A DNA stretch of 64,000 bases from a virus, in IMG/VR virus record IMGVR_UViG_3300048592_000616, positions 9,424-73,423 of that record; one strand, written 5' to 3'. The position numbers and the translations under genes are program-made. The notes below the pieces were generated by a model, which worked only from the letters and a program-made list of their open reading frames with translations, made no database searches and was not told where the DNA came from. Positions 17,997-27,606 of the stretch are shown here, in pieces. Every line of letters starts with the position of its first letter. Positions within the stretch are counted from its first letter, which is position 1.

Positions 17997-18263
17997 ATGA
18001 CGACAGCCAAGCAGCTCCCTACTCGCGAATCCACGCCGACCGGCCGGTATCTGAAGGCCCAGCGGATGGTGTTGATCCAGATCGACGCCCTGCGCGACGA
18101 CGTGCGCCGGACGTTCCCGTGGGACCCGCAGGCGGTCGGGTATAGCGAGGCGTACACCGCCAAGCTGGGCGCGTCGTTGGAGCGGCTGGAAGCGCAGATC
18201 GCCGAGATGCGCATGAAGCTGATGGCATTTGAGAATTCACAACACGACGGAGGCAAGCAGTGA
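17997..18263 (+). CDS. Hypothetical protein
   Basis: Follows promoter TTGACG-N18-TATGAT; possibly near-leaderless. Confidence 0.55.
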   Translation: MTTAKQLPTRESTPTGRYLKAQRMVLIQIDALRDDVRRTFPWDPQAVGYSEAYTAKLGASLERLEAQIAEMRMKLMAFENSQHDGGKQ

Positions 18264-19477
18264 GTACATTTTTGTTGGACCAGTTAGCCGAGAGAGCGGC
18301 CGCTGAGGCAGCCGCGGCCCACGAGGCACTTCTGGCGGAACGCGCGGCCAAGCGCGAGGCGGCGGCCGAGCACATCGACACGTTGATCCCTGATGAGGTT
18401 CTCGCCGGGCTGGAGATCGAGGAGGACGGTACGTACTGGCGCTCGGATCGCGGCGGGGCGCAGACGGCCGACCTTGACAAGCTGGTGTTGCGGCTGCGGC
18501 CGAACACCTGGCGCAAGGAGATCGGCGAGTTGCCGTGGCTGTACCTGTGGGCGACGGAGGACGGCGGCGAGTCACCGAGCGTGTATCTGTCCAACGTGCA
18601 GCCCGGCGACCGTTACAGCGCCAAGCGACTGCGGCTGACCAATGCCGACCAGTGGGCCAACGACGCCGACCTGGCCGACATCGTGGCGGCCGTGTACGCA
18701 GTGTACAACGACAGGGTGGCCCGGCACGACGCCCAGGCCGAGAAGGAGCGTCAGCAGGCCATCGCCAGCGCCCGGCGCACGCTCGAGACCAAAGCCACGT
18801 GGGATTGGCGCGGGGTACGGTACGACGCCTTGAAAGGGCTGAACCGGCTGAAGGAAGTGGACCCGGACCGGGCGGCCGAATATGATGCCGACTATGCCGC
18901 GTTCATCGAGTGGGCGGACAAGGCGCAGGCCGAGGAAGAAGCCGAAGCGGCCAAAAAGCGCGCCGCCTGGGACGTGTACAAAGAGGCGTATGCCAAGTGG
19001 GACGCGGAAAAGACCGCGGTGCTCGATGAGTACGCCCGGGCGCTGCAAGCGGTGGCCGAGAAGTACAACCGGGAGTACAAGGTGTGGACGCTGGAGTACG
19101 GCGTGGTCGCGACCGACGATGACCTCGAAGAATTCATCACCACGGACAAAGTCAGAGTGACCGACGCCGAGGGCGCGCCCCTGACGGCCGACACGGTGTG
19201 GCATGTTCTTCACTACGGCACGATCTTGGATCGTCGCTTCGCGCACCCGGTCAGTCTGGATGGCCCCGAAATTCGCCAGAGCCGCGACGGCTACCATCCG
19301 ACAGTTGACATCTCGCCGTTGTCTTGGGTTCGGGTCTCGGTCTTGCCGACTGATGAGGCGGCCGCCTCAGCGGATATCCAGGACATCCCGCGCCCGGACG
19401 TGTCGCCGGAGCCGGTGAACCCGGACGGCCAGACGCAAAGCGAACTCGACTACAGCATGGCAGCGAACCGCTATTAG
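18260..19477 (+). CDS. Hypothetical coiled-coil protein
   Basis: RBS ACGGAGG; 405-aa ORF with typical codon usage. Confidence 0.7.
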   Translation: MSTFLLDQLAERAAAEAAAAHEALLAERAAKREAAAEHIDTLIPDEVLAGLEIEEDGTYWRSDRGGAQTADLDKLVLRLRPNTWRKEIGELPWLYLWATEDGGESPSVYLSNVQPGDRYSAKRLRLTNADQWANDADLADIVAAVYAVYNDRVARHDAQAEKERQQAIASARRTLETKATWDWRGVRYDALKGLNRLKEVDPDRAAEYDADYAAFIEWADKAQAEEEAEAAKKRAAWDVYKEAYAKWDAEKTAVLDEYARALQAVAEKYNREYKVWTLEYGVVATDDDLEEFITTDKVRVTDAEGAPLTADTVWHVLHYGTILDRRFAHPVSLDGPEIRQSRDGYHPTVDISPLSWVRVSVLPTDEAAASADIQDIPRPDVSPEPVNPDGQTQSELDYSMAANRY

Positions 19478-19563
19478 GCATCGGCCCAACGCGCAAGCCA
19501 AGGAAGCCGCCGACTCCAGCGGCTTCCTTGGCCCCACAAACCAACGACGGAGGTTAACCCATC

Positions 19564-19749
19564 ATGTTCCAGATCACTCACACCATCACCGTGACATTCG
19601 CCCGGCGAACCGGCCGGGGCAAGTCGGTCTATGTCTTTGACGGCCGCGGCGCGCAGGCGACCTACGGCATGAGCCGCGACGTGCGGCGTCGCTACGCCCT
19701 GAACTGCCACGGCGGCCGCGGCCCGGTGTTCACGTTTCGCTACTATTGA
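19564..19749 (+). CDS. Hypothetical protein
   Basis: RBS ACGGAGG. Confidence 0.5.
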   Translation: MFQITHTITVTFARRTGRGKSVYVFDGRGAQATYGMSRDVRRRYALNCHGGRGPVFTFRYY

Positions 19750-19838
19750 TCGTTGACAACCGGCCTGTTTTTATGGCACTATGTAGGAACCAACCGCAAC
19801 GAACGACAACCCAAATTCACCCAGGAGGTTAGCATGTC

Positions 19839-20090
19839 ATGTCCGCGCAATCACTATTCATTCTGAGGATCAACAAGTCCACGGGACTCGGCACGGCCGT
19901 GTGCCTCGACGGCCCCAAGTACACCCTGTCCTTCCCGGCCGCCCTGGCGCTGCTGGGCCATCTCCGCGACGAAGCAGCCATCCGTTGCAGCCTGTTCACC
20001 GACACGGACGAAACCTTCGTGATCGAGCAGCTCAACAACTACGGCGGCCTGCTGGAAGATGCGTCAGCCATGATCGAGGTGGGGCAATGA
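19839..20090 (+). CDS. Hypothetical protein
   Basis: RBS AGGAGG; upstream TTGACA promoter. Confidence 0.55.
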   Translation: MSAQSLFILRINKSTGLGTAVCLDGPKYTLSFPAALALLGHLRDEAAIRCSLFTDTDETFVIEQLNNYGGLLEDASAMIEVGQ

Positions 20091-20272
20091 CCACTTCAAC
20101 CGCCAAGCAAGCCCTGTTGGAGGCCGTGGCCGAGGCGATCCAGAACGCTTTGACGGCCGTCGAGCTGCAGGAGATCATGGACGGCCCGGTGTGGTACGGC
20201 GACGCCATTCGCCACTCGCTGGAGTCGGTCGAGGCGGCCGTGGCCGCCTATGTGGAGGCCGCCCATGCCTAA
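20087..20272 (+). CDS. Hypothetical protein
   Basis: ATGA coupling. Confidence 0.55.
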   Translation: MTTSTAKQALLEAVAEAIQNALTAVELQEIMDGPVWYGDAIRHSLESVEAAVAAYVEAAHA

Positions 20273-20588
20273 CCACGAGCTGCACACCGGTTTGCTGTTC
20301 CTGGCCGAGGATAAGGCCACACCGACGGCCGCGGACAAGGCGCGGGCGGCCTGCGTGGCGTTTGTCGCCAAGTACGGCACGCAACCGGCGCTGGTCCAGA
20401 TGCACCCGGCGCAAGCGGCCGAGATCGCCGACGGCTCCGTTTTTTTGGAAAGCGCGGTTCCTGACGGTTGCAACGTGCCGGTCGAAGGATCGCCCCGCGT
20501 GGCCTATCGGGACTATGTGCTGGTCATCGGCCCGGTGCCGGGCAAGACCCAGATCGACTATCAAAACACACATGGGGAGGTTCGCTGA
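20265..20588 (+). CDS. Hypothetical protein
   Basis: RBS GGAGG; overlap coupling. Confidence 0.55.
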   Translation: MPNHELHTGLLFLAEDKATPTAADKARAACVAFVAKYGTQPALVQMHPAQAAEIADGSVFLESAVPDGCNVPVEGSPRVAYRDYVLVIGPVPGKTQIDYQNTHGEVR

Positions 20589-21313
20589 TGCAAACAGTGA
20601 TGATCGACGGCCGCGGTGTGCGGCACTACATCGAGAACGGCCGGGCGCTGTGCGGCAAGATCGCCGACCACCTGGCCGAGTGCAACCCGGAGCGCTACGG
20701 CCGTCTGTGCGAGGCGTGCGCCGCCGTCATCGACGACGGGGGCAACGCGGCCGACTACGACTACGGCCGTGTGCCGAGCCGCAACGGCAACGGCCGCGTC
20801 TGGGTCGGCGGCAACGTGGCTAACGCCAAGGTGAGGCTGGCAGACAACGACCCGACGCAGAACTTCCGCACAGTGTACGCGCGCGAGGCTCGCGATCTGA
20901 TGCCCCACCTGGAGCACCCGGAGACGGGGCATCGCTACACGTTTTGCAGTCGTCCGGCCGGGGATGAGGCCAACGCCGCCCTTGGCATTTACTGCGACAT
21001 CTGCCTCGCCAAGGCGGCCGCGTACTGGCAGACCCTGACGCCGTTTGACGAGATCGAGGCGGGGAGCATCGTGCGCTGGAACGGAAGCGTTAAGGGCTTC
21101 GTCTCGCACCGCGACGGCGAGGTCTTTTTGACCACCGACGCGGGCGTTGAGAAGCGGATAGCGTCGCCGGTGGCCGAGCGTGCGGCGCTGCTGCTGGGCC
21201 CCGAAGTCGTCGATGCTATCGCCCTGCGCGCTCTGGCCGATGCGCCGCAGATGGTCAACCGGTTGCTGGTGGAGATGGGCCACTCGGCGGCCGTTCCCGT
21301 GGAGGCCGAGTGA
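20588..21313 (+). CDS. Hypothetical protein with repeated H...ALCG...CxxC Zn-binding motifs
   Basis: RHY..ALCG...CEAC and HLE..FCS...CDIC. Confidence 0.6.
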   Translation: MQTVMIDGRGVRHYIENGRALCGKIADHLAECNPERYGRLCEACAAVIDDGGNAADYDYGRVPSRNGNGRVWVGGNVANAKVRLADNDPTQNFRTVYAREARDLMPHLEHPETGHRYTFCSRPAGDEANAALGIYCDICLAKAAAYWQTLTPFDEIEAGSIVRWNGSVKGFVSHRDGEVFLTTDAGVEKRIASPVAERAALLLGPEVVDAIALRALADAPQMVNRLLVEMGHSAAVPVEAE

Positions 21314-21543
21314 TGGCCGCGCCCACCAACTACCAGCTTCTGTGGGCGGCCACGAATGCCGTGACCGCCCTGCGCCACACGGACCCCAAGACGGCCGCGT
21401 TCGGGGCGGCCGTGGATGCGGCGCAGACCGCGGTTCGCGAGATGGACGACTTCGCGGCCGAAGATGACAACGAGTACCTGCGGGTGACGGCCTATCGGCT
21501 GCGCAAGGTCATCGACGAGATCGCCCAGGGGGTGACCGCGTGA
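21313..21543 (+). CDS. Hypothetical protein
   Basis: TGATG coupling. Confidence 0.55.
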   Translation: MAAPTNYQLLWAATNAVTALRHTDPKTAAFGAAVDAAQTAVREMDDFAAEDDNEYLRVTAYRLRKVIDEIAQGVTA

Positions 21544-22370
21544 AGCGGCTCCCCACGGCCGGACAAGGCACCATCTGGCACGGCGACTGTCTGGACCTGC
21601 TGCGCCATGTGCCGGGCGGCAGCGTCTCGTTGATTTGCACCAGCCCGCCGTATCCTAAGATGAAGGGCTTCGACCTTGACGGGGAGCAGTGGCTGGATTG
21701 GTTCGTCGGCTGGGCCGACACGGCCGTCGCCGCGATGAAGCCCAACGGGGTCTTTGTGCTGAACATTTGGTTCGGCCGGGAAGACGACGGCTTCGCCGGG
21801 TCAGGGATGTTCGAGATTCCGCGCCTGGCCGAGTCGTTGGGGTTGCGCTTGCTGGACACCTACATTTATGCCAAGCCCAACCCGGCTCCGAACGGGCCAT
21901 TGACTTACTGCGACCCGCCGGGGTGGGAACCGATCTGGGTGTTCACCAATGCCCGCGATCCGCGCGACGTGACGTTCAACCCTTACCGCAAGGCATATGC
22001 GGCCAAGTCGCTGCGGGCCAACGGTGCGGTGTATACGACGCGTTCCCAGTCGGCCGATGCCCATCCGAAGGGCGCGCGGCAGACAACGCTAATGACCATG
22101 AGCAAGAGCGCCGACCAGAACCGGCCGAAGGCCAAGGGTATCAGCTTCCCGCGCGATCTGCCGCGCCGGTTCATCGGCCAGTATACAAACCCCGGTGAGT
22201 TGGTTCTGGACCCGTTTGCCGGAGTAGGGACCACCGTGCGCGTCGCGGTAGAGATGGGGCGCGCCGGTCTGGGTATTGAGATCGACGAAGACGAGGCGGC
22301 CAAGGCCCGCGAGTGGATCGCGGAGCCAATGCAGGGTTCGTTGCTGAAGAAGGTACCTGATGTTCATTGA
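21540..22370 (+). CDS. Beta-class N4-cytosine/N6-adenine DNA methyltransferase
   Basis: HGDCL, TSPPY (motif IV), VLDPFAGVGTT (motif I). Confidence 0.92.
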   Translation: MKRLPTAGQGTIWHGDCLDLLRHVPGGSVSLICTSPPYPKMKGFDLDGEQWLDWFVGWADTAVAAMKPNGVFVLNIWFGREDDGFAGSGMFEIPRLAESLGLRLLDTYIYAKPNPAPNGPLTYCDPPGWEPIWVFTNARDPRDVTFNPYRKAYAAKSLRANGAVYTTRSQSADAHPKGARQTTLMTMSKSADQNRPKAKGISFPRDLPRRFIGQYTNPGELVLDPFAGVGTTVRVAVEMGRAGLGIEIDEDEAAKAREWIAEPMQGSLLKKVPDVH

Positions 22371-23469
22371 CGACGCCGAACTGGAACGGGAGTATCACCC
22401 GGCCGCCCAGCTACTCCCGATGATGGAAGGTGATGATTACGCCGCTTTCCGCGACGATATCAACGCCCACGGCCTGTTGGAACCGATCTGGCTTTCCGAG
22501 GACGGCCGTATCCTAGACGGCCGCAACCGGCATCGCGCTTGCCTCGACCTGGGCATCGCGCCCGTCTTCCGCACATACACCGGCGACAGTCCGACGGCCT
22601 TTGCCCTCAGCCTCAACGCGCACCGGCGACACCTGACGGCCAGCCAACGCGCAGTGCTGGCTGTCGCGGCCCTGCCGGGGCTGGAGGCTGACGCGAAGGC
22701 ACGCCAATCCCACGGCCGTACCGCGCCCGGCCGAACGCTCCCGGCAATCTTGCCGGAAGCGTTCCCTGACGGCGGCGAGGCCCGCGAGCAGGCAGCGGCC
22801 ATAGTGGGGGCAAGCGCTCGCTATGTCAGCGACGCCAAGCGCCTGGCGGCAGAAGCGCCGGACCTGCTGGAAAGCGTGCGCGTTGGGGGCATGACGATCC
22901 CCCAGGCCAAGCGCGAACTGGTGGCCCGCGAACGCCGCGACGCCCCGCCGCTGCCGACGGACAAGTACCGCGTTCTCTACGCCGACCCGCCCTGGAGCTA
23001 TGGCAACAGCGGCATCATTGGCGACACCGACCATTACGGGCGCGTCGGCCGTCATTACCCGTCGATGACCATCGCGGAGCTGTGCGCCCTGCCGATCCGC
23101 GACATGGTCGAAGACAACGCGGTACTCTTTATGTGGGTGACGTCGCCGCTCCTGGCCGAGTGCTTTGAGGTCATCCGCGCCTGGGGCTTCACCTACAAGA
23201 CCTCGTTCGTCTGGGACAAGGTGCGGCACAACTTCGGCCACTACAACAGCGTCCGCCACGAGCTGCTGCTGGTGTGCACCCGCGGCAGTTGCACGCCGGA
23301 CGCCCCGACGCTCTACGACAGCGTCCAGACCATCGAGCGCTCCGACGTCCACAGTGAAAAGCCGGAGGCGTTCCGGGAGATCATCGACGCCCTGTATCCC
23401 CACGGCCGTCGCCTGGAGTTATTCGCCCGGCGCGACGCCGCGGGCTGGGAGACCTGGGGTAATGAGTAA
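22360..23469 (+). CDS. ParB-like domain fused to MT-A70 adenine methyltransferase
   Basis: ILDGRNR, N..RRHLTASQR; YADPPW, LFMWVT, HSEKP, LELFAR, WETWGNE. Confidence 0.9.
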   Translation: MFIDDAELEREYHPAAQLLPMMEGDDYAAFRDDINAHGLLEPIWLSEDGRILDGRNRHRACLDLGIAPVFRTYTGDSPTAFALSLNAHRRHLTASQRAVLAVAALPGLEADAKARQSHGRTAPGRTLPAILPEAFPDGGEAREQAAAIVGASARYVSDAKRLAAEAPDLLESVRVGGMTIPQAKRELVARERRDAPPLPTDKYRVLYADPPWSYGNSGIIGDTDHYGRVGRHYPSMTIAELCALPIRDMVEDNAVLFMWVTSPLLAECFEVIRAWGFTYKTSFVWDKVRHNFGHYNSVRHELLLVCTRGSCTPDAPTLYDSVQTIERSDVHSEKPEAFREIIDALYPHGRRLELFARRDAAGWETWGNE

Positions 23470-23944
23470 CGCACAGGCGCTGGCCGCCAGCCGCGCAGCC
23501 TACAACAACGGCTACTACGCCGACAAGCTCCAGCAGGGGCTGGAGTTTCAGGATGTCGTCACGGCCGCCCTGTACCAGCGCGGGATCGTCGTCGTGGGCT
23601 ATGCCAGCCGCCGCTACCAGCGCGAGAAGGGCGAGAACATGCTGGGGGCGGAGATCAAGCGCGACGGTCGCTTTCGGGAGACCGGCAACCTGTACTTCGA
23701 GACGGCCGAGAAGTCACACCCCGACAACCCGCGCTATGTGCCGTCCGGCTGCTACCGCGAGGACAACTCGTGGTTGTACGTGATCGGCGACGAGCGGACG
23801 GTCTACATCTTCCCGACCGCCTACCTGGTCAAGCTGCTGCCGCGCTACAAGTCGGTCAAGACCCCGACCTCGCTGGGGCACCTGATGCCCATTGAGGAGG
23901 CCGAGAAATACTGCATCCGGCGCATTGACCTGGACGCCGACTGA
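23462..23944 (+). CDS. PD-(D/E)XK-like nuclease
   Basis: GLEFQD...AEIKRD...TGNLYFE pattern; coupled to the methyltransferase gene. Confidence 0.55.
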   Translation: MSNAQALAASRAAYNNGYYADKLQQGLEFQDVVTAALYQRGIVVVGYASRRYQREKGENMLGAEIKRDGRFRETGNLYFETAEKSHPDNPRYVPSGCYREDNSWLYVIGDERTVYIFPTAYLVKLLPRYKSVKTPTSLGHLMPIEEAEKYCIRRIDLDAD

Positions 23945-24041
23945 TGTTTTTGCCCCGGCCGGTTCCGAACGGTTGCGGCCGGGGGTAGATGAAGCGAACG
24001 ATGAACACAACGAACGAACATAGCCAACAAGGAGACATTCG

Positions 24042-24191
24042 ATGAACGTATCATGGATCGTAGCGGGCGTGGCCCTGGGGGCCATCCTATTTGTAACCCT
24101 GGGGGTCAGTGGGGCCGTGGCCGCGGCCGTGCTCATCGTGGGGATCGGCTTCGTCGCCGCCCAGGCGACGGGGGAGGGGGACCATGTTTGA
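24042..24191 (+). CDS. Small membrane protein
   Basis: RBS AAGGAG; MNVSWIVAGVALGAILFV..., two hydrophobic stretches (below the ORF-track cutoff). Confidence 0.5.
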   Translation: MNVSWIVAGVALGAILFVTLGVSGAVAAAVLIVGIGFVAAQATGEGDHV

Positions 24192-24378
24192 GTTTCTATT
24201 CTTGGTCGCCAAGATCGGCGCGCTGGGCACGGCCGCGGCGTTCGTCGCCTCGTTCGCGCTCGACATTATCAACGGCGACTGGGGCCGCCGCATGATGGAG
24301 GTGGTGCTGACGTTGGGCGCGCTGACGGCCGTGTGCGCGGCCGGGATGGTGTTGACGGTCGCACTGGAGGCCGGATGA
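24184..24378 (+). CDS. Small membrane protein
   Basis: Two hydrophobic helices; overlap coupling. Confidence 0.5.
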   Translation: MFEFLFLVAKIGALGTAAAFVASFALDIINGDWGRRMMEVVLTLGALTAVCAAGMVLTVALEAG

Positions 24379-24839
24379 ACGGTATAACCCCGGTCGCACC
24401 CCCGCCCCGGTTTGAATGGGACCTGATGTCGCCCTACGATGCGGCCGATGCCGCGTACTACCAGCGGTACATCGTCCCGATGGACGCGATGGGCAAGCCC
24501 CGGCCGCGCGTCACCTCGCGCGGGACGTACCACACCGACCGATACACTCGCTGGCGGGCTGAGTTCGAGCACCACTTTGGGCCGATGACCGTCGAGCCGC
24601 CGTGGGCGCTGCGCGCGGTGGTCGTGCGCCGAATGCCCAAGTCGTGGAGCAAGAAGAAGCGGGCCGAGATGGACGGCACGCCCTGCCAGACCACACCCGA
24701 CGCCGACAACGCGGCCGGGGCGATCATGGACGTGCTGTTCGGCCAGGACAACTCGGTCGTCTTCCTGGAGGTGATCAAATTGTGGGGCGAGGAAGCCTAC
24801 ATGGACGTTGAGGTCTGGCACGTCGGGGCGCACCATTGA
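24375..24839 (+). CDS. rusA: RusA-like Holliday junction resolvase
   Basis: GKPRPR, PKSWSKKK, PDADN, QDNSVV. Confidence 0.85.
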   Translation: MNGITPVAPPPRFEWDLMSPYDAADAAYYQRYIVPMDAMGKPRPRVTSRGTYHTDRYTRWRAEFEHHFGPMTVEPPWALRAVVVRRMPKSWSKKKRAEMDGTPCQTTPDADNAAGAIMDVLFGQDNSVVFLEVIKLWGEEAYMDVEVWHVGAHH

Positions 24840-25207
24840 ACACCTGGGGGGTCCTGAATCAACTGCGCCACGGCCGCATTCAACAACGACCCATCGACGG
24901 CTTTCACTACACCGCCGCCAGCGGCACGGTCGTGCCGGATGAGAGCGTGTTCGCGGCCGTCGGCGCGGGATATGCGGACATCAGTCCCGACCTGCGCTGG
25001 GTGTCCATGACCGTCGCCGGGGAGAACTACTGGCTGGAGAACGGCCCGGCCGACATGGTCGGCACCTGCGAGTGCCCGTGTCACGTCGAGCCGCGTGTGG
25101 CGCAGCTCTACCCGGTGGACATGCAACGCGCCGGATCGCGGTTGACCCTGGTATGCGGGGTGTGTCGCGTGGCGCTCAAAGAAGAGGAGCGCCGCCGTGT
25201 CCAGTAA
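24836..25207 (+). CDS. Hypothetical Zn-binding protein
   Basis: CECPCH, CGVC. Confidence 0.5.
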   Translation: MNTWGVLNQLRHGRIQQRPIDGFHYTAASGTVVPDESVFAAVGAGYADISPDLRWVSMTVAGENYWLENGPADMVGTCECPCHVEPRVAQLYPVDMQRAGSRLTLVCGVCRVALKEEERRRVQ

Positions 25208-25427
25208 GCGCCGGTTGCGCCGCCGCTCCTGCGAGGGCAAGAAGGCTTACGCGACGGCCGTCGAAGCCGAGGCGGCCGCCAAGCGACTGCGGGGCGCGTT
25301 CTGGACATCGCGCTATCGGTCATACAAGTGCCAGTTCTGCGGCCGGTGGCACGCCGGTCGCGCCTCGAACAAGGACTACCAGGCTATGCGCGCCGACCAG
25401 GCCAACCGGGCCAAGCGCAACGGTTAG
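25197..25427 (+). CDS. Small Zn-ribbon protein
   Basis: CEGKKAY...YKCQFCGRWH. Confidence 0.65.
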   Translation: MSSKRRLRRRSCEGKKAYATAVEAEAAAKRLRGAFWTSRYRSYKCQFCGRWHAGRASNKDYQAMRADQANRAKRNG

Positions 25428-25463
25428 CAAGCCCTATTGGCGACTGACAAGGAAGAAGGTAAA

Positions 25464-25913
25464 ATGGATCGCGATATGCAACCAACAGGAACCGCCGACA
25501 ACAGCAGCGACGCGCCGAGGATGCACCGAACGACCGAGCGCGTGTGGCGCTACATCTGCAAGTTCGCCACGGCCTATCACGGGCGAGTGCCGACGTTGCG
25601 GCGCATCGCCGCGGCCGTGGGGCTGGCGTCGACCAACACCGCACATGTTCACATGCAGAAGCTGGTCAAGTTGGGGTTGTTGGGGAAGGACGATGTGGGC
25701 TACTACATCGAGGGCGCGGTGGTGCTGTTGCCGCCGCCGCACGGTGGGGAGACATGGGCCGACATCGTGGAGACACATCTGGACTGGGAAGACCTGGCTA
25801 ACCGGCTCGAGGCGCTGGAGGCACGGGTCACGGCCGACGCCGAGGCGCGCCGCAAGGACGCCGAGATGCTCCCGTTCATCACGGCCGCGACGCCGTTGCC
25901 GGGGGTGAACTGA
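25464..25913 (+). CDS. LexA-type winged-helix DNA-binding protein without peptidase domain
   Basis: PTLRRIAAAVGLASTNTAHVHMQKLVKLG; start may be the ATG at 25476. Confidence 0.75.
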   Translation: MDRDMQPTGTADNSSDAPRMHRTTERVWRYICKFATAYHGRVPTLRRIAAAVGLASTNTAHVHMQKLVKLGLLGKDDVGYYIEGAVVLLPPPHGGETWADIVETHLDWEDLANRLEALEARVTADAEARRKDAEMLPFITAATPLPGVN

Positions 25914-26434
25914 TGTCCATTGACTGGAGGGTGCGGACGCTGGGCGAATACGTCGCCACAACCGGATACGACCGTTGCAAGACCTGCGGCCAGTGGGTCT
26001 ATAACTCGGCGCGCCAGGTACACGACAAGAATTGTCAGATCGTCTTCGACGCCTGGGGCACGCCGGAGGAGATGTTGGCCCTGTGGCGCGCCGACCCGAC
26101 GATAACCGTTGCCACGCTGATGGTCCCGATCCCCGGCGTCGCGCCGAGCTACATGGTCAGCCGCCTGCACTACGCGGGCATGGAGAGACACGAGCTGGCG
26201 AATCGGTACGGCGGGGCGTTCTACGTCAAGGGTCGCCCCCGGAAGAAGGCCAGGAAGAGGGACCCCAACACCTGCAAGCGGTGCGAGGTGTTGTTGTCAG
26301 TCACCGGCCGGGCCGACGGCCGCAAGGACTTGTGCCCGATGTGCGCCGAAGAGATCGGGACGTCGCGCTGGAAGGAAGCGCCCGCCAAGACCCGCGCCGG
26401 TAGGACAAAGCGTCAGGCGGAGACGGCCGGATGA
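25913..26434 (+). CDS. Hypothetical Zn-finger protein
   Basis: CKTC...H...C, CKRC, CPMC. Confidence 0.55.
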   Translation: MSIDWRVRTLGEYVATTGYDRCKTCGQWVYNSARQVHDKNCQIVFDAWGTPEEMLALWRADPTITVATLMVPIPGVAPSYMVSRLHYAGMERHELANRYGGAFYVKGRPRKKARKRDPNTCKRCEVLLSVTGRADGRKDLCPMCAEEIGTSRWKEAPAKTRAGRTKRQAETAG

Positions 26435-26462
26435 CCAACGACGGGCAGCGGGGTGACTTTGT

Positions 26463-26489
26463 AGCACAAATGTTCGGCAGTGCTATAAT
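26463..26489 (+). promoter_or_regulatory. SOS-like box overlapping an extended -10 promoter
   Basis: AGCACAAATGTTCG followed by TGCTATAAT. Confidence 0.55.
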
Positions 26490-26512
26490 GGGCCTACCTC
26501 CTGTGGATGTAT

Positions 26513-26560
26513 GGGGCGGCCGTTCTCTTCCCTCCGTGACGGCCGCCCCGTCTTTTTTCT
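26513..26560 (+). terminator. Hairpin terminator with anti-SD loop
   Basis: GGGGCGGCCGT-tctcttccctccgtg-ACGGCCGCCCC-gTCTTTTTT. Confidence 0.75.
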
Positions 26561-26587
26561 TCAGCCCACGCCAACCAGACGCACAGC

Positions 26588-26601
26588 AGAACATATGTCT
26601 A
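26588..26601. promoter_or_regulatory. SOS-like box
   Basis: AGAACATATGTCTA. Confidence 0.45.
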
Positions 26602-26791
26602 TTCGTATAGCCATTGGACACTATGCTTTGTTGGCGTTCAACAAGACCAAGAAAAAACCAAACGAAGGTCAGTGAATTTTGGAGGAAGGTAGATGATCAC
26701 GGAGGGCAGCGGTACTAGCGGGGGTAAGCAGTGTAACCGGCGCGGCGACGTCATGTAGGGGACGACCGGCCGGTAAGGGGGGTAAGCCACG

Positions 26792-27508
26792 ATGGCGACA
26801 TTGACGAAGGAAGAACAGGCGCGTATTGAAGCCGAGGCTGAGAAGCTGGCAATGGCGACGACGCTGGCGACGGCCGACGATCTCCAGGCGGCCGTCGATT
26901 CATGGGTGACGACGCTGAGCGGTGGGGCCAAGCGTCGCTCGACGTTGTTGGCTGTGGCGGCCGGTGAGGTCAACGGGCAGTCGCGCAACGAGATATTCAG
27001 CCGCAAGGACGTGGTCAACATCCGCACCTTCTACCATGCCGACAAGGGGTACTTCAACGACCCGGAGTTTCGGCTGGCGCTGGAGGTGGTCACGCGGCTG
27101 TACCGGCGCTGGGAGGCGTTGGAGACAACGCGCTTCCTGGCCGAGCGGCAGGCGGCGTTCCGCGAGAAGACCTTCAAGACGGCCGACAAGATGCTGGAGC
27201 GGGCGCAAGAGATGTTGGAGTTCCCGCTGCGGCGGACGGAGAAGTCCGAAGACGGTCAGACCGTCATCATCCAACCGGCCGCCTGGAACCTCGGCAACGT
27301 GCCCGGCCTGGTCACGACGGCCGACAAGGTGGGCCGTCTCGCGCTGGGGATGGAGGGCGAACGCGCGGCCGTAGACCTGACATGGGCCGAAGCGCTGCCG
27401 GACGGGATCACCGTCGAGGAGGCCGAGGAGGCCAAGCGGCAGTTTGCCAAGCTGCTGGCGGCGCAGTCGCTGCGTGCGGCCGACGAAGGCGACGAGGACA
27501 GCGAGTAA
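26792..27508 (+). CDS. Putative terminase small subunit
   Basis: Helical protein upstream of TerL; KVGRLALG motif and acidic tail as in TerS-like proteins. Confidence 0.5.
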   Translation: MATLTKEEQARIEAEAEKLAMATTLATADDLQAAVDSWVTTLSGGAKRRSTLLAVAAGEVNGQSRNEIFSRKDVVNIRTFYHADKGYFNDPEFRLALEVVTRLYRRWEALETTRFLAERQAAFREKTFKTADKMLERAQEMLEFPLRRTEKSEDGQTVIIQPAAWNLGNVPGLVTTADKVGRLALGMEGERAAVDLTWAEALPDGITVEEAEEAKRQFAKLLAAQSLRAADEGDEDSE

Positions 27509-27606
27509 GATGGTCAAGTCGGTCTCAGCGCGCTTACCTGCATTGAAAGACCCACATTTGCGACTATTTCGCAAATACGGCCGTTTCGTGATGGAAAAAT
27601 GGTGAG

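Noticed and set aside
25464-25913. Calling this gene lexA or a cI repressor
   Set aside because: Only the DNA-binding domain is present; no S24 peptidase domain is evident
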